Assembly (NCBI GenBank): GCA_034780895.1
Contig: JAUZTB010000042.1
Coordinates: 12,669,974-12,733,973 of the forward strand
Length of the DNA: 64,000 nt
Direction of reading: 5' to 3'
Source: Rhynchobatus australiae
Taxonomy: Eukaryota
Each line of letters opens with the position of its first letter. Position 1 is the first letter of the stretch. The notes under the pieces are model-generated. The model had not been told where the DNA came from. It searched no databases and saw only the letters and a list, made by a program, of their open reading frames with translations. A program made the translations under genes and the position numbers. Of this stretch, positions 25,249 to 39,689 are shown piece by piece.

Positions 25249-28200
25249 NNNNNNNNNNNNNNNNNNNNNNNNNNNNNNNNNNNNNNNNNNNNNNNNNNNN
25301 NNNNNNNNNNNNNNNNNNNNNNNNNNNNNNNNNNNNNNNNNNNNNNNNNNNNNNNNNNNNNNNNNNNNNNNNNNNNNNNNNNNNNNNNNNNNNNNNNNNN
25401 NNNNNNNNNNNNNNNNNNNNNNNNNNNNNNNNNNNNNNNNNNNNNNNNNNNNNNNNNNNNNNNNNNNNNNNNNNNNNNNNNNNNNNNNNNNNNNNNNNNN
25501 NNNNNNNNNNNNNNNNNNNNNNNNNNNNNNNNNNNNNNNNNNNNNNNNNNNNNNNNNNNNNNNNNNNNNNNNNNNNNNNNNNNNNNNNNNNNNNNNNNNN
25601 NNNNNNNNNNNNNNNNNNNNNNNNNNNNNNNNNNNNNNNNNNNNNNNNNNNNNNNNNNNNNNNNNNNNNNNNNNNNNNNNNNNNNNNNNNNNNNNNNNNN
25701 NNNNNNNNNNNNNNNNNNNNNNNNNNNNNNNNNNNNNNNNNNNNNNNNNNNNNNNNNNNNNNNNNNNNNNNNNNNNNNNNNNNNNNNNNNNNNNNNNNNN
25801 NNNNNNNNNNNNNNNNNNNNNNNNNNNNNNNNNNNNNNNNNNNNNNNNNNNNNNNNNNNNNNNNNNNNNNNNNNNNNNNNNNNNNNNNNNNNNNNNNNNN
25901 NNNNNNCAGTCCTAGCACCAGGCTAAGAATTAGCTTGCTGGATGACTGCAAATTTTGATTGCATTTACATTAGCAAATGGAATTTAATTACACGTTCAGT
26001 CTTCCAAGCAAACAGTCAGGAATGTAATTTTTCATGATGCACTGGGTCGCTGGAAAAGAAATTCCAAGCACGCTTCTGTTTCAATTAGGTCGTTGACTGG
26101 CTGTCTGTATTTTCAGAGTCAAACCTATATTCCAATATCCTGCCTTGTACATAAAACGCAATTTGTGGACTGACTTTATTCCCCAAGGTTGTTTGTGAAA
26201 ATTTATGCTCTCTCGGTGCCCAGTGAATGCAGACAGTTCTCTAAAGCTGAGTCAGACAGTGGCCCAGTCTACCATGTACCTCAGCACACTGAATCCACTC
26301 AAGTTTGTTGAGTTGGGAAGGAAAATAATTTCCTTTTTCAACACTTTAGTGCTTGTGCAAAGCTGAAACAGAATACTCGCCATGCCCAATTTGTTTGATG
26401 ATCCTCAAACTTGGCTTAAGAGGAATAATGATGCATGCTTAATGAGATTGCTCTTGCACAGTTCTTTGAGTATAAAATTGAGACGGCTGGATGAGGTGGA
26501 TAGGAAGGATCATTTCCCTGGCAGAGACGAGGGACGTAGAGTTAAGATCTAGGGTGGTTGTGGAAAAATTTTCACCCAAAGGGAATTCTTTCATCAAACC
26601 ATCCTCCATAATTAAAAAGTACTCAAGTGCTTCAGTACTTAATAGAGGACTTGAAAGGCAGCAATCTGCAAAATTATGCAGTGAAAGCTGGAAAGTGGGA
26701 TTACTTCAAATATCTTTTCAGTCAAAATAGCCTTTCAGCTCATTGTGTACATCTCTGATGCCCTAAGTTCCTATGATTTATATTTGCTGTGTTTCCAGGA
26801 ACCCCGAGGAATATTACTGGTGATGCTTGGAAATGGGTCTCCTGATAGCAATTGTCATCTAGGAGTGTCAAAAATGCCCAAGGGCTTCCAGCAATTGTCA
26901 ACTTTCACTCAAAGGTCTTTGTTAGTGGGAACCATTTCTCCAGAGATGGTGGACCATCTGCTGTGCATCAGTATGTCTCTATCTTCTCCGTGGAAGAATT
27001 TTGAAGCCTCATAAATTGGAGTTTATAAATTGGAGTTTTGAAGTTTTATAAATTGTTTTGATTAAATGGCTGGCTTTCGTATCTGTGCCTTGAATCCTCT
27101 AGTTTCGGAGGCAACCTACTGAAGATTTATGGCAAGATTCTATGCTTTGATTGGTCAATTTCCTTTTCATTGAATGAAATAGTATCTGTAAGGTCACTCT
27201 AACTATATTAATGAATGGCTGGATAGATGGAAGTAAATTTTATTACACTGAATTATATCTACCACACAAAGAACTAGGTTGAAGAAAAGAAACAAATATT
27301 TAGATGATTTAAAAATTGGGCATGTGTTACCCAGACCAGTCAAAAGAACTGCACAGGCTTGAAAATCTCCCAGAAACGTGTTGGATGCAAAGATCATATC
27401 AAATGGTTGTTGATGTTTAGTCTTCCAAGGGTTCTGTTTGCCGACTTCTATATGGGGAAACTTCAGGATGAACTGCAAGCTCCTTGTTAGCTTGACAGCT
27501 ACTTTAACTCTCTCCCAAGTCAAATGGTCATCACCGTTTTTTAGATTTGTGGGTTGAGCCTGTACTACTTCGAGTCTGATAATCAGTTAAATTGTATCTT
27601 TGATTGTCCATGATATCTTTGTAATCTAAAGCTTTTTTGGATTTTCTCCAAGTCACAAATGATGCAAAACAATTTGGCATAATTTAAATTTTCTTAACAT
27701 TGCTAGCACTATGATTGTACTGAAATCGCCAACTGGTTGCCCTTGAAGTAAAATGTATCAAAATATGATGAACTTGCCTGTAACCCTTCATCCACAAACC
27801 TACCATGATCCACAAATAAGATGCATGCTGCCAGACCTCTGCATTCAAAACTCCTTACACATCATTCCATCTTCCAACATAATCCCATATTCCACAATTC
27901 AGGAGGTTTCTAGAACAACCTCTTGTCAGTTTAAAACTTGCTGTCTGTGGGGTCTTGCTGTGTGCAAGTTTTCTGCTGCATTTATTGAGCAAGGGAGAAG
28001 TGATGCAAGACCAGCTAAAGAGCAGTTTCCTGAACTTCAGGCTTTGCAGCCTATTTGAAGTGACAGAGTATGAAATGAGTTGGAATTATAGGCAAATGGA
28101 ACCTATGGTACAGTTTAGGCATGAATCATTTTCATGTTAGATCAGATTCAAGGGATTGAATAGCTTCTCCTGCTCTAAGCTATTTTGCCATGTATTTTAA

Positions 28201-29759
28201 ATGGGTGCAGGTGGTTTATCTTTCTTTACAGCTATGAGAAACTGACTAAATGCATGTTTGTCCCATGTTTTCTTTTCCTTATTCAATTCCAACTCCTTTT
28301 AATTGGTACCTCTTATATTGCATGGTTGATGAGGCAAGTTGGCAGGGGCTGCCGGCTCTCAGCCCACAGTTAATGTTGGACATTTACCAATTCCACTTCC
28401 TTGTTGGGGGGAAAAATCCACAGAGGATGCACCCATTTGATGCAAAGCTTAAGAGTGCATTTCAAAGGCCCGTTGGAGGTAAAGTCTGATGCACAGTAAC
28501 CTTCTTGAGTGAACGTGGGTAACTCATCGCTCTGTGATAGTAAGGAGAAGTCTTTGAAGTTCTTGTGATGAGGCAGAAGACCAGTTCTATAAATGTATTA
28601 AGGAAATAAGAATTTCATTTACCCGACACCATACTTAATTTAACTGGATCAATAAGCAGGGGCATACAAGTTGATATTGCAATAACCTTCTGTAAATAGT
28701 AGTGAGATGAGTGACCAGTTAATGTGCTCAGATGCAATATGAGAGGATTGTTGATCAAGATACCAGAAATGCTCTTTTCTGGCTATCATATTTTGTAACT
28801 TCAAAAAGGCTGAACGAGTTGGACTTTAATATCTCCATCTGAAGAGTGGACCTTTGTACAAAACTTCACTCCTTCACTATTGCATTTGTAACCTGAATGG
28901 ATTTGAACTTGCACTCTAGGTTGAGATGTGAATCAAAGGTTTACCGCTGCCGAATATTACCAACATACTATTAATATTTTACATGTGAGCTGTTGATTAC
29001 TGTAATTTTTTAAATCTGATCTATTGTTCATCTGCAAGAAATTAAGATGGGGTTACTCAGGTACTGGAGTATTAGAGTTTGAATCAGAACTGAGTTGGTG
29101 AGCTGCATTTTCAGCCCGATGGAGAATGTGAAATTAATTTGATTTTTCATTTATTGTGGTTGGACAGCATCACAAGACTTAATGGAATTATAAGATAATA
29201 AATTGCTTTACTTTGATCATAGTATTTCACCTCCCTCAGCCTTTAAATAGAAATAACATTCACTGATGGTCTCTGTAAGTTTAGTAAAAATGAGGGACTT
29301 TTTCCCCCTGACTCTTTTTGGATGTTGACATTTTCTATTAGATGTACAGCAGCACATTTATAATGTATTCATTTTTGTCTAGATTTATTGGAACTGATGT
29401 GAGGACAGGAATGCAGCAATGGCTATTTGGTGCAATCATTTAGTTCACAAATGCCTCTCTGGTAACACGATGCAATGATAATGGCATTTACTAACTCTTG
29501 GTTACCAATTAACCTGCAGCAGATCCAGAAAGAACATGACCAAGATCCCAGAAATATGTTGGGGAGCACAGGTTCCCTCTCGAGCATCTAACTGGTCAGA
29601 TTTGTCAGTGTCAATTTAATCATATTGAATTGNNNNNNNNNNNNNNNNNNNNNNNNNNNNNNNNNNNNNNNNNNNNNNNNNNNNNNNNNNNNNNNNNNNN
29701 NNNNNNNNNNNNNNNNNNNNNNNNNNNNNNNNTGTCAATTTAATCATATTGAATTGCAA

Positions 29760-30065
29760 TATACTTTTTCCTAATGTGACAATAGCTAACACAAGGGGAC
29801 ATAATTTTAAGGTGATTGGAGGAAGGAATAAGGGGGATGTCGGGGTAAGTTTTTTTTGCACAGAATGGTGGGTGCGTGGAACACTGCCTGCAGAGGTGGT
29901 AGGGGCAGATACATTAGGGACATTAAGAGACTCTTAGACACATGAATGATAGAAAAATAAGGGGCTATGTGGGAGGAAAGGTTAGATAGATCTTTAGAGC
30001 AGGATAAAATGTTGGGACAACATTGTGGGCCGAGGGGCCTGTGCTGTAGTGTTCTATGTTCTAAA
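29760..30065 (+). mobile_element. CR1 3' end
   Basis: NTRGHNFKVIGGR motif and tail gggccgaggggcctgtgctgtagtgttctatgttcta. Confidence 0.8.
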
Positions 30066-32364
30066 ATGTTATCTTCTGAAAAGTTTATTCAGTTTACATT
30101 CCAATGAATCAACACTAAATACTCCACTGTCTCACTGGGTGCCTGTTATGTACATGACTGAAGCTTATCGAAATATTTTCCTTGGGTTAATTTTGAACTC
30201 ATTGCACTCATGACGAGTGCAGTTTGTGCCATTTGGCTGGGTTCAAGATCTTTTTTTCTCTCTGAGAAGCAGGAAACTTGTGATTCTGCTTCAATTATTG
30301 GATCTGGGACATGTTTGTCTCTGTTGCACTGCAACACTTAAGCAACAACAAATGAAAATCATAAAACTGCAGGTGCTGGAAACTGATTTGAAAAAGCACA
30401 AATGTTGGAATCTCAATGCTGGTCAGGTGACAACTGTGGAAAGAGAAACAGTTAATTTTTAGGTCAAGGCCTGTTCTCAGTTTTACTTAAGTAAGATATT
30501 TCCAGTGAGAGAACTTGACAGAAAAAGGACAGGTTGCCATTGTTGCGGTTTTAGGTCCTCAAATTGGAGTCTGGAATTGTCTTGTTTGAAACTTAGTAAC
30601 AAGAGGGCAAGTGAGATCTGTGTAGATGGCCAAAATGATTGGCATGGTACATCCAGGGTCTGTTTCTGTGCTGTACAGTTCTTTGACACAAGTCTATTGG
30701 ATATCATTTAACTGACAGGTATACGTGATAGCTAAAATGTCATTCTGTGACACATGGGAAGAGAATATTAAATATTCAATGAGATTTCCTTAAAACTGCA
30801 CCATGTCAACAAATAGTGCTTCCTCTTGCCCATTATTACCAATTTTCTGATGGCACTGGTTCATTTGTATAAATGTTGCCAGAGAATAGGGAAGGACTGG
30901 GGATTGATCAGCCACTTTCTCTTGGAGTAATAGAGATGAGACTAGAAGAAAAAGATGTTTCAACAGAGAGAACAAAAATTGCACANNNNNNNNNNNNNNN
31001 NNNNNNNNNNNNNNNNNNNNNNNNNNNNNNNNNNNNNNNNNNNNNNNNNNNNNNNNNNNNNNNNNNNNNNNNNNNNNNNNNNNNNNNNNNNNNNNNNNNN
31101 NNNNNNNNNNNNNNNNNNNNNNNNNNNNNNNNNNNNNNNNTTTAAGAAAAAGTATTAGGTGAGAGGAATCTGGTTTTCTTTTGCTTTAAATGATTGATTG
31201 CTTTTAGGTCAACGAAAGAAACATCTGTTAAAGGGGAAATATCTGGTCTGGGCACTGATGTAGGTTGAAGAAAGTAGGCAAACCATTGTCACTGCCCCGC
31301 CTTCTGTAAAATGTTAACTAATAGTTGTTGAACTGATTTAGATTGACATCTTACTGGATGAGTAATAACTAATTCAGAACCTCCATCCATACTTTCTAAA
31401 TACAAGCTATATTTAATCTTGTGCGTGGAGGTGTTTAATTTTGTATGCCAGATAAAGAATGCTTGGCTGTCAGTTCATTTGAGGTGACACTCCAGAACAT
31501 GAGGAATTTCATTGAGGGGTTTGGCTTGACTCTTTAATTATAACTGCCAAATTTGATGATATGCCAAGCAGCTATTCCGGTTTCATTGTATCCTGCAATC
31601 ATTTCAGAATGGGCAGAATATAAACAAGCTAAAGACATATATCATCTCACACCATTTTATTTGATTTATGAATAAAGGTCAGGTGTATCGGTTTCAGAAT
31701 GACAAAAGCTGAAATGCTTTTTCTCCTAATTGCTTGGCTGCAGAATTGTTCTCGGAGCACTTGCCATTGGCTTTTGGAAGAAGTCCACTGTGGCCCTGTT
31801 GAATGTGTCCCATAGGCGGCTCAGACTTGGGTGTAACACTTACACTCTGAACCAGCTTCATTTGAATTCTACAATTTCTGTTGTCAAAATGTAGCTCTCA
31901 TGAGGGTTTCATTTAGCCACTGTATATTAATGGGTGTTGGTGGCTGTGCTATTACACTCATTTATTCCAGATAATACTCATTCATAAACCACTCATCACA
32001 GCTCTTTTTTTCCAGAATAAGACTTATTTACAAAAGCTCTAACTGTCTATTTCTTCATCAAGAAGTCACATAAATATCCTATCATCTATGTTTGTCACTC
32101 AGCCTGGAAAATTGTTAAATAATACATTTCCAATTACCTTGCTCAGGAAAATGCTATTGACAGTATTTCTTCTGACTACTGGATACGTGCAAATCATTTT
32201 AGTCAGAGGGCTGAGCTGTTGCAATCAGGCAAATCTGTTTCTTTTCATGTCCTGTAATCTTTATAATAGCAGCTGGTTTAACCAGTGCGATGTCTCTCTA
32301 AATACTTTGATGGATGTCATTATGGTTGAAAGGTCTTGTTTGTACTTGCACTTCTCATAACAAA

Positions 32365-33510
32365 AAAAACAGACACCTGGAGGAACTCAATGGGTCGAGC
32401 AGCATCTGGGGGTGGAGAGAGAAGGAATTATTGACATTCTGAGTCGCAACATGCATCAGGGCTAAGTGGAGAGGGAAGACGGCCATTAAAAAGAAGAGTG
32501 TGGGAGGGATGAAACATGGGTTAGTAGGTGATGGGTGGAATGAGGAGGTACTGCTATTGGTTTATTATTGTCACTTGTACCGAGGTACAGTGAAAAGGTT
32601 GTCTTACAAACCGATCGTACAGGTCAATTCATTACAGTGTAGTTACGTTGAGTTAGTACAAAGTGCTTTGATGTAGTACAGGAGAAAACAATAACAGTAC
32701 AGAATAAAGTGTCACAGCTACATAGAAAGTGCAGTGCAATAAGGTGCAATGTCACAACAAGGTAGATTNNNNNNNNNNNNNNNNNNNNNNNNNNNNNNNN
32801 NNNNNNNNNNNNNNNNNNNNNNNNNNNNNNNNNNNNNNNNNNNNNNNNNNNNNNNNNNNNNNNNNNNNNNNNNNNNNNNNNNNNNNNNNNNNNNNNNNNN
32901 NNNNNNNNNNNNNNNNNNNNNNNNNNNNNNNNNNNNNNNNNNNNNNNNNNNNNNNNNNNNNNNNNNNNNNNNNNNNNNNNNNNNNNNNNNNNNNNNNNNN
33001 NNNNNNNNNNNNNNNNNNNNNNNNNNNNNNNNNNNNNNNNNNNNNNNNNNNNNNNNNNNNNNNNNNNNNNNNNNNNNNNNNNNNNNNNNNNNNNNNNNNN
33101 NNNNNNNNNNNNNNNNNNNNNNNNNNNNNNNNNNNNNNNNNNNNNNNNNNNNNNNNNNNNNNNNNNNNNNNNNNNNNNNNNNNNNNNNNNNNNNNNNNNN
33201 NNNNNNNNNNNNNNNNNNNNNNNNNNNNNNNNNNNNNNNNNNNNNNNNNNNNNNNNNNNNNNNNNNNNNNNNNNNNNNNNNNNNNNNNNNNNNNNNNNNN
33301 NNNNNNNNNNNNNNNNCTGGCCGTGGAGAAGCTTGAGGACGGACAGGTCCACGTGGGAAGGGGAGTTGAAATGGCATGCAACTAAGAACTCTGCATAGCC
33401 ACTGGGGGCAAAGTGCAGGTGTTCTGCAAATTTGTCGCCAAGTCCTGCTGAGTTCCTCCAGCTGTTTGTTTTTTTTGCTCCAGATTCCAGCATCTGCAGT
33501 CTCTTGTCCC
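32365..33510 (-). mobile_element. Penelope-like element remnant (GIY-YIG C-terminal region) with inverted terminal segments, interrupted by a Rex/Babar tail and a gap
   Basis: Minus-strand LGDKFAEHL..VACHFNSPSH.DLSVL is typical of the Penelope endonuclease C-terminus. Terminal motif at 32370-32460 and an inverted copy at 33445-33507. Confidence 0.75.
32555..32768 (-). mobile_element. Rex/Babar-type LINE 3' UTR (young family)
   Basis: attggtttattattgtcacttgtaccgaggtacagtgaaaa.. is highly similar to 41215-41317, 44515-44593 and 46841-47127. Confidence 0.7.
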
Positions 33511-35209
33511 CACTTGCACCTCTTAACATGGCCTGAGGGGATTTTATTTCTTTCTCAGCATGCAGTTGTTGTTGACCAGACGGGCATTTTTTTGTGGTCC
33601 TTGAAGTTGCTGGTGAGCTATTGACTTGAGTTGATGCAAGGGGAATGTGCACAGTGATCTTGGGTAGGAAGTTCCAGGATTTTGATGCAGCTGTGATGAA
33701 GGAACAGTAATGTATATCCAACTTAGAATCATTGAGAAGAAGTATAAAATCTACATAACTGTAGGGCACAGAAGCATGCAACTTCTAGAGTGAAGGACAC
33801 ACCAAATTAACAGGAAACGAGGTTCAGTGATGCCAATAAGAGAGAAGATAAGTATCAGATTTTTAAAAAAGTGTTAGGGAGCTAGAAAAAACCTCTCTAA
33901 TAAGAAAGTTTTGCTTATTATTTTTTATCTGNNNNNNNNNNNNNNNNNNNNNNNNNNNNNNNNNNNNNNNNNNNNNNNNNNNNNNNNNNNNNNNNNNNNN
34001 NNNNNNNNNNNNNNNNNNNNNNNNNNNNNNNTTTATCTGAGAGCAAAATAATAAAATGTCTGGATTGGAGTAAAGAAAATGCTTGTAAGCAAAATGATAG
34101 TTGTATTGTCTTGCATCTTTGCTCAAGCTGAAGAGATATGGTTTTGCAGTTGGCAATTTCCTGTGTTACCTAATTCAAGGCTCACTGTGTCATTCGTGAC
34201 ATTTAAGGTGTGAGACACCTGGCAACCAAAACTCCATTCCTTCATGTGTGTGCGTGCATGGACAGTAATGGTCACAACCAGTGAACTCTGATCTTACCTA
34301 CCCCTCCCACTCTGCTCCCCATCCTTCTATCTTCCATCCCCTCCCTTCCCATTCCCATCCTCTTTCACCCACTCCCCAACAAAGTGAATGAACACTAATT
34401 AAAATTTGGACTGGTTGAGACCAATTAGCTCTTAAGGTGTCTGTGATCTTCCTGTTCACTATGGCACTGCCACTCGCTGGATAAGCTTGTTGAGTGTAGG
34501 GCATCTCTGTCGTGCTGCGTTGTCAATTTTTCCTATTACATGAGACTCAGGCATGTTAAAGACATGAAGACAGATTGGAAACTAGAAATCTTGGCCAATG
34601 CAAATCTTGAGCAAGCTGCTTGAATGAATAGATGAATGTGTCTTGTTTATCAGTCTGCTTAATTTTTGCTCCTTCTGCTTGGCACTGGCTGTTTTTTGTG
34701 GATACAAAAAAATGAGGTTAGTTGTGATATTCTCTGAACATTGGCTTTCCCTATAGTGAAAACGCATGCAGCAATGAGAGTGTCTGTTCTTCCCAATACT
34801 ACACTTGAGAATGCATGAACCAATAAGATTGAGGTGGACTTTGATTTCGATGAGAGCCTGAGCTCAGGACTAAAACTGCATCAGAGTCTCCTGACTGCAG
34901 CGGGGATATTTCTCCAGTAAAAAGGAAAGTGCAAGTCAGTTGAATTCTGTGTGTTTATATAAAAAAAATCATTGGGGGGAATTGCTCTTTTTTTTCATTC
35001 GGTCAAGACTATTGATGTCACACAGGTGTTGCTATCTTTGGCAAATTGTCAAAATAGCACTGAATCAACAAAGTAAATAGCTTATTATTTAGCACCATAA
35101 TCAGTAATGAAATTGGGATAAGTGGAAATTGTTCGATGTACCTGCTGCTTGCAACTCGAGCCTGGTCCAAACTAGCATTTGCTCAAAAACTTGCATATGT
35201 AAAACTTTA

Positions 35210-35330
35210 AGGTTCTGACAAAGGGTCACAGACCTGAAATGTTTAACTCTTTTTCTCTTTCCACTGATGCTGCCTGACCTGCTGAGTGTTACCAGCATTT
35301 TCTGCTTTTGTTTCAAATTTCCAGCATCTG
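35210..35330 (+). mobile_element. Penelope-type terminal repeat with decayed hammerhead-like core
   Basis: ggttCTGACAAagggtcacagacctGAAAtgtttaact..gatgctgcctgacctgctgagt. Confidence 0.6.
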
Positions 35331-36084
35331 ATTTTTTTTATTTCCCCACTGGTGAAAGCTTTTTTTGACTGTCAAGTAAGAATTCGGCTTCAGTGGGCTG
35401 AAATGGATGCTTTTGCATGAGGCTACAAAAGAGGAAGATTGCATTTTATTCACCATGCAATTACTGCACTCTGAGCTGAAGTGCTTTGTGATTGCTGCAC
35501 TACATTTTGCTTTCTATTCTGCATTTTTTTTTACACGGAGACGGTCCAAATTGAACTCCATTGTGCATCGTGACAACCCACTCCTAATTTTACCTTTTTT
35601 TCTGCACAACATACCTCAAGTGGGTTTATTTATTTATGTTNNNNNNNNNNNNNNNNNNNNNNNNNNNNNNNNNNNNNNNNNNNNNNNNNNNNNNNNNNNN
35701 NNNNNNNNNNNNNNNNNNNNNNNNNNNNNNNNNNNNNNNNNNNNNNNNNNNNNNNNNNNNNNNNNNNNNNNNNNNNNNNNNNNNNNNNNNNNNNNNNNNN
35801 NNNNNNNNNNNNNNNNNNNNNNNNNNNNNNNNNNNNNNNNNNNAGAGTCCTGCCAAAATGAAAGTTGATCAAGTTTTTCTTGCTTTACATAATAAATCTC
35901 TATGGCCAACAACCTTGTATGGAAGCATAAGTTACACAAGCACTTGTTCAGCAAAAACTTGGCATTTATGTAGTCTTTTATATGCACATATTGTTGGACA
36001 AAATTTGGATATTGTTGCATTGAAGTATTGGTGACCTAAAGCAAGTCAAAGATGTTGCTTTTATAAAATGCCACTTTAGATGAG

Positions 36085-36340
36085 ATCTTTTATTAGTCAC
36101 GTGTACATCAAAACACAGTGAAATGTATCTTTTGCGAAGTGTGTTCTGAGGGCAGCCCGCATGTGTTGCCACACTTCTGGCACCAACGTAGCGTGCCTAC
36201 AACTTCCTAAACCATATATCTTTTGGAATGTGGGAGGAAACCGGAGCACCCAGGGGAAACCCACGTAGTCATGGGGAGAACGTTAAAAACTCCTTGCAGA
36301 CAGTGGCTGGAATTGAACCCAGGTCGCTGGTGTTGTACAG
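36085..36340 (-). mobile_element. V-SINE
   Basis: gtgggaggaaaccggagcacccaggggaaacccac is the reverse-complement V-domain; ggaattgaaccc is the reverse-complement B box. Confidence 0.8.
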
Positions 36341-36879
36341 AAGTGGGGAAAAATACAGAGGTAGAGGTTAGCTCCAGATTTTAAGCCTTAATTGTAAATC
36401 GTGGGCAAGTTAAAATTGGAGGTGCACGAGACCAAAATCAGAAGAGCAGAGTTATGAAAGTACTTTCTTGTTTGGTATGCCATGCTGCTGTAAAACATTT
36501 TTTATTGTTCTCTATTTTATTGTTGTTTCTTTTATTCATGTACCCCTTTCATCCCATGGTCGACCGTGTTTATCTTGTGTAAACAGTGCCACACAGATTT
36601 TGAACATCCCAACTGAGCTCCAAATTAAAATTGAATTGACTGAATGCACAGTACAATACAAAGAACATAACAGTTGAGTCCATTGTTGCTATGGATCGGA
36701 AGGGAGACCCGGCCAGACTATCTTCTGATTGCAACTCTGTACTGTCATTTGCTTCCACTCCAGTAACCCCACAAATTTAAAGTTCTAATGTTTTCTATTC
36801 AAATCCTTCCACAGACTGGCCCTCCCTTATCACTGTAATGTCAAGTCCTACCACTTACAGCTTCCATTTACATGGCTTC

Positions 36880-37810
36880 TTTTAAAGTAGCACTACGTCT
36901 TGAGGCCTTTCACAGAAACATTCTCCAAACAAAATTTGACAGTGAAGAGCAGGGCAATTACTAAAGAGTAAAGTTTAAACAGCATTTTAAAAGAGGGAGC
37001 AAGATGGGAGAATCAGACAGTTCATGGATGGGCTTCCAGGACTGACAGCCTTGGCAAAAGAAGTTTTGCTCACTAGTGTTGGTCATTCCAGAATTCAATA
37101 GCTCCAAGAGGATGGAGTTGGAGTATGATTTACCTCAAGGGTTGTTGGGCTAAATAAGATTGCAGAGAAAGGAAAGTGTGAGAAGTTGGAGGAATTTAAT
37201 AGCAAGTATTTTGCACTTATGATTTTGCCCAGCAGGAAGGGTCTACAATGTCCAGAAATTGGTGCTTTAGGATGTAGGCAACTGAGTTTTGATGACTTTG
37301 GAGTGAGGGAGATGAGTCAGAAGTGTTGAAGTAGTCTCAGGCTCAGGGAATGTACGGGAGGGCTTCAAGTGAGCAAGGGAGTGGAGTTGGGCCGTGCTAT
37401 GGGAGTGGGTATGGATGGTCTTTGTGCTGGTGTCGATAGTCAGGCTGAGATTTCTCTTGGGTTGAAATATGAACCGAGGTCAAGTGGTCTGGTTCAACCT
37501 CAGACAGATGGGGGTTGGAGTCGGCGAGAGTGGAGTTTGTGATGGAGACTGGGCGGAGATTTAAATCTTACAATTACTTGAAGACATTTTAGCTCGGCTA
37601 GTAGTGTTCATTGGTCAAGTAGTCTGACAATTCAGACAGTGGTGGAGTCAGGAGAGGTGGAAGTGAGATGGAGCTGAGAGTAACCAGCTGCATTCAGTTA
37701 ATGCTGTTTTAGGCAGGTGTTGCCAAGGACTAGCATGTGAATGTGAAACAAGAGATGATGAGAGCAGTGTGGTTGCAGGAACAGAAGCCACTTCAGGTGA
37801 TCCAATACCT
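36880..37810 (-). mobile_element. Old L2-like LINE remnant
   Basis: Long purine-rich degenerate sequence with L2 reverse-complement motifs (gatggagctgagagtaaccagctgcat). Confidence 0.45.
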
Positions 37811-39689
37811 TGTTAGATTTTTGTGCTCCACCAAGTCCAATCTCTTTGTGCGTGCCCAATTTTTGTCACTGCAGCTGTACCTTCTGTTGCCATGTTTTGA
37901 GGCCTGGCATTCCCTCATTAAAGCTCTCTTCCCGTCTCTTCTACTTGCGTTGGTCCTTAATCTCGAGTTCTTTGTCATCTGTTCCAATATTTTTGTGGCT
38001 CAATACCAAATTTTATTATTTATTCTCCTGGAACAGTTTGCATGAGTTGGCAGTTTATTGATGCTCAAGCACTGCATAATAGTACTTCAGGATTTTCTTG
38101 TGATTGAGAGTAGACTGATGCAGTGATTGACTGTTGTCCTGTGTATTCTTGAACCTGGCCTTGCGTGTGTGTATGTATGTATGCGTGTGTCTCTGTGCTT
38201 GTCTTTATAGGTGTTTATATTTACATAAGAGCAATATTTACTGTAAAATTGATCTTTGTGTGCCCCCTTTACTGAATTTAATCAGGCTTTGCATCCTCTC
38301 TGGAAATCATATTCTTTCTTGAACTACTGTTTAATCAGCTTTGGATACTTCTGTATATTCACTATGGTGAATCTGATATTATTACAGTTAATATTTGATC
38401 TGTACAACAAATTGAGCTGTAATTATGAGTTCATATTTCATTTGATCTCAAAACAAGCTAAGGCATGAGCTTTGTCATCCTTTAAGGTAAAGTTTGACAG
38501 GAAAATAAATATTGTTTTCAGAGATGGATTAAAAAGGCCTGGAGTTTCTTGTCTCTTAATCAGAATTTGAAGGGTACAGTATTTACATTACAACTAAAAT
38601 ACAGTAATAGTGTCCATTTATTGCGAGGGAGGAAAGCAATAATTTGGTATTTTCTCTGAAGCCATCATGAGCATGTTTTCTCATGGCAAAACAAGGTACA
38701 AAGAATAGTCCACTTTCTTTCTGCGTGAGCATGTTGGTATGGAACACATTGGACTCTAACCCATGGGTCATCACGAGCAATGATACAGGAGTTTTAATAC
38801 TGCAAAGAATAATGAGTGCATTGACTAAAGTCATATTTAATTCATAAATATATCATAGTGATGTGATTCTACATATTTTAAGGATACAGTCTCTAATATT
38901 AGGAATGTAAACTATAAGTAGACTATAGATAAAATTTCCTTCACCCAGTGATGGCTTCTTCCATCAAATGCTTGTTTACTTGGCTGCAAGCACAATTATC
39001 TAAAACTGTTCCATGAATGCAAAATTCTGCCTCCCACACAAACCTGATCATCTATTAACTCTTCTGCATAAATTAATATGAGGAACAAACCACAAAGGAG
39101 TGGAGTCAAATTTTGAACTTTGCTAAATTTCTGCACAATTAATAACCTGATTTCAAAATTATGTAAATGTAGAGCTTTGAAGCCTCACAAGTGATTCGCA
39201 TTGTTATTGATGTGGAGTAAATTAGTGATTCTCTTATCCTGGTTGAGATGAAGAAGCAGTGAATATATAATTTGTAGGATTTGGAAATAATTGAACATTA
39301 CTTGATTCCATTACAATGCTATCACTGTTTATCAACAAATACCTTGTTTGCTGGGGTTTCCACCAAGCACCTAGGGGAAATCAGAGTACAGTTGGCCCAT
39401 TCGGGCTCTCAAAGATTGGGATGAGATCAAGAGGTTGTGGAGGGTTGGGGTGGCAGTAAGAAAACAATCAGCTCTGAACAAACTGGAGAATTGTGACTGA
39501 GATCAGTGAGTGGGTGGAAGGCAAGTCCATCCTTTCTTTCCAAAATATTGCATGTGGAATTTGGCCTTTGTTGCTGTGACATCTCCAAAGAGATGTGTCC
39601 CTCAGTGTGTGGGATTTAAAAAAAAGTACAGCCAGACCAATTGCTGAGTACACGACTTCTCAGTAGAAAGTACATCTCTGGGCTGGAAC